From assembly GCF_018350175.1 (NCBI RefSeq), contig NC_058382.1:52454001-52518000 (forward strand): 64,000 nt of DNA, read 5' to 3'. Source of the stretch: Felis catus. Its lineage: Eukaryota. Within the stretch, counting starts at the first letter, position 1; each line of letters starts with the position of its first letter. Positions 63,421 to 64,000 of this stretch are shown here, one piece after another. Under the pieces are notes generated by a model. The model was not told the DNA's origin, ran no database searches, and was given only the letters and a program-made list of their open reading frames with translations. Made by a program: the position numbers and the translations under genes.

Positions 63421-64000
63421 CACCCCAGAAATTACCTCCAGCAGCAGCAGAGAGGACTGGGGTGCCACTGCCGGGTCTGGCATGTCAGCAATCAGAACCC
63501 CATTTTTAAAAATTTACGTTGCTATCATATTATCAGGTTCTTACGAAGGACTACTTCCTAACACTGTGTAGCCCAATCCCCAAGCTTGGCAATCCCCCCC
63601 CCCCCTTTCAATACATCACATTGATTTTCTGTATGACTTTATCTGCTTAATACAAAGTGGGATTGAACAGTTATTTGTCTGGATTTGACCATTCCTTATC
63701 AAACATTTATGATTTAGCTTTCGCCACGGCATCTTCTTGTAAGGTGTTTCTTATTTTTATCTTTTTCTGTAAAGGTGGAATTGTGTTGACAGCTCCGTAA
63801 TAAATCTCTCTTGAATGAGACACGTTGCAGCAGGGCGGGGAGAGGGAGAGGTGGGGCTCTGTGCACGGCCTATTTAAGGAAAAGCTTTAAGAAGGGTCCG
63901 TGTGAATTGTTTCCGAAACAAAGTCGCCTTCTAATAGTAGAGAGTGATGCCCTGACTTTGGAGTTTGCCACGTACAAGGATTGGGTGCCTCACTGGAAAA

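Noticed and set aside
1..64000. CRISPR array, operon, NUMT, processed pseudogene or intact retroviral genes
   Set aside because: No repeat-spacer periodicity, no long gene-like ORFs, and no mitochondrial or gag/pol/env similarity recognised. I also did not name a host gene because I cannot support one.

Overview
This is mammalian genomic DNA, almost certainly from a felid (or another feliform carnivoran). About 15 tRNA-derived carnivore SINEs are present, several of the young feline SINEC_Fc type with intact target-site duplications (TSDs). No protein-coding exon, RNA gene or pseudogene is recognisable. The ORFs in the six-frame track are short or repeat-derived and match no protein I know. 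The window is a mosaic of old eutherian repeats (MIR, L2, L1M, MaLR/ERVL/ERV1 solo LTRs, hAT and Tigger MITEs), microsatellites and several repeat-poor, motif-dense blocks that look like constrained regulatory DNA (about 8.2-9.6, 12.4-13.1, 14.4-22.2, 41.8-42.4, 46.1-46.9 and 57.5-58.4 kb). Retroelement orientation and a few well-formed splice-site pairs suggest a large intron or 5' region of a plus-strand gene, which I cannot name. I found no convincing undescribed biological system. The best second-look items are candidate small exons (one behind a (GA)n(TG)n tract, one with a strong-Kozak ATG next to a CpG-rich patch), a palindromic MER135-like relic, an old ~1.7 kb-spaced local duplication, a SINE dimer inside a single TSD, a closely spaced inverted SINE pair, and SOX, GATA and K50-homeodomain motif clusters. 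Repeat subfamily names are from recalled consensus sequences and need RepeatMasker/Dfam confirmation. Boundaries of old repeats are approximate.
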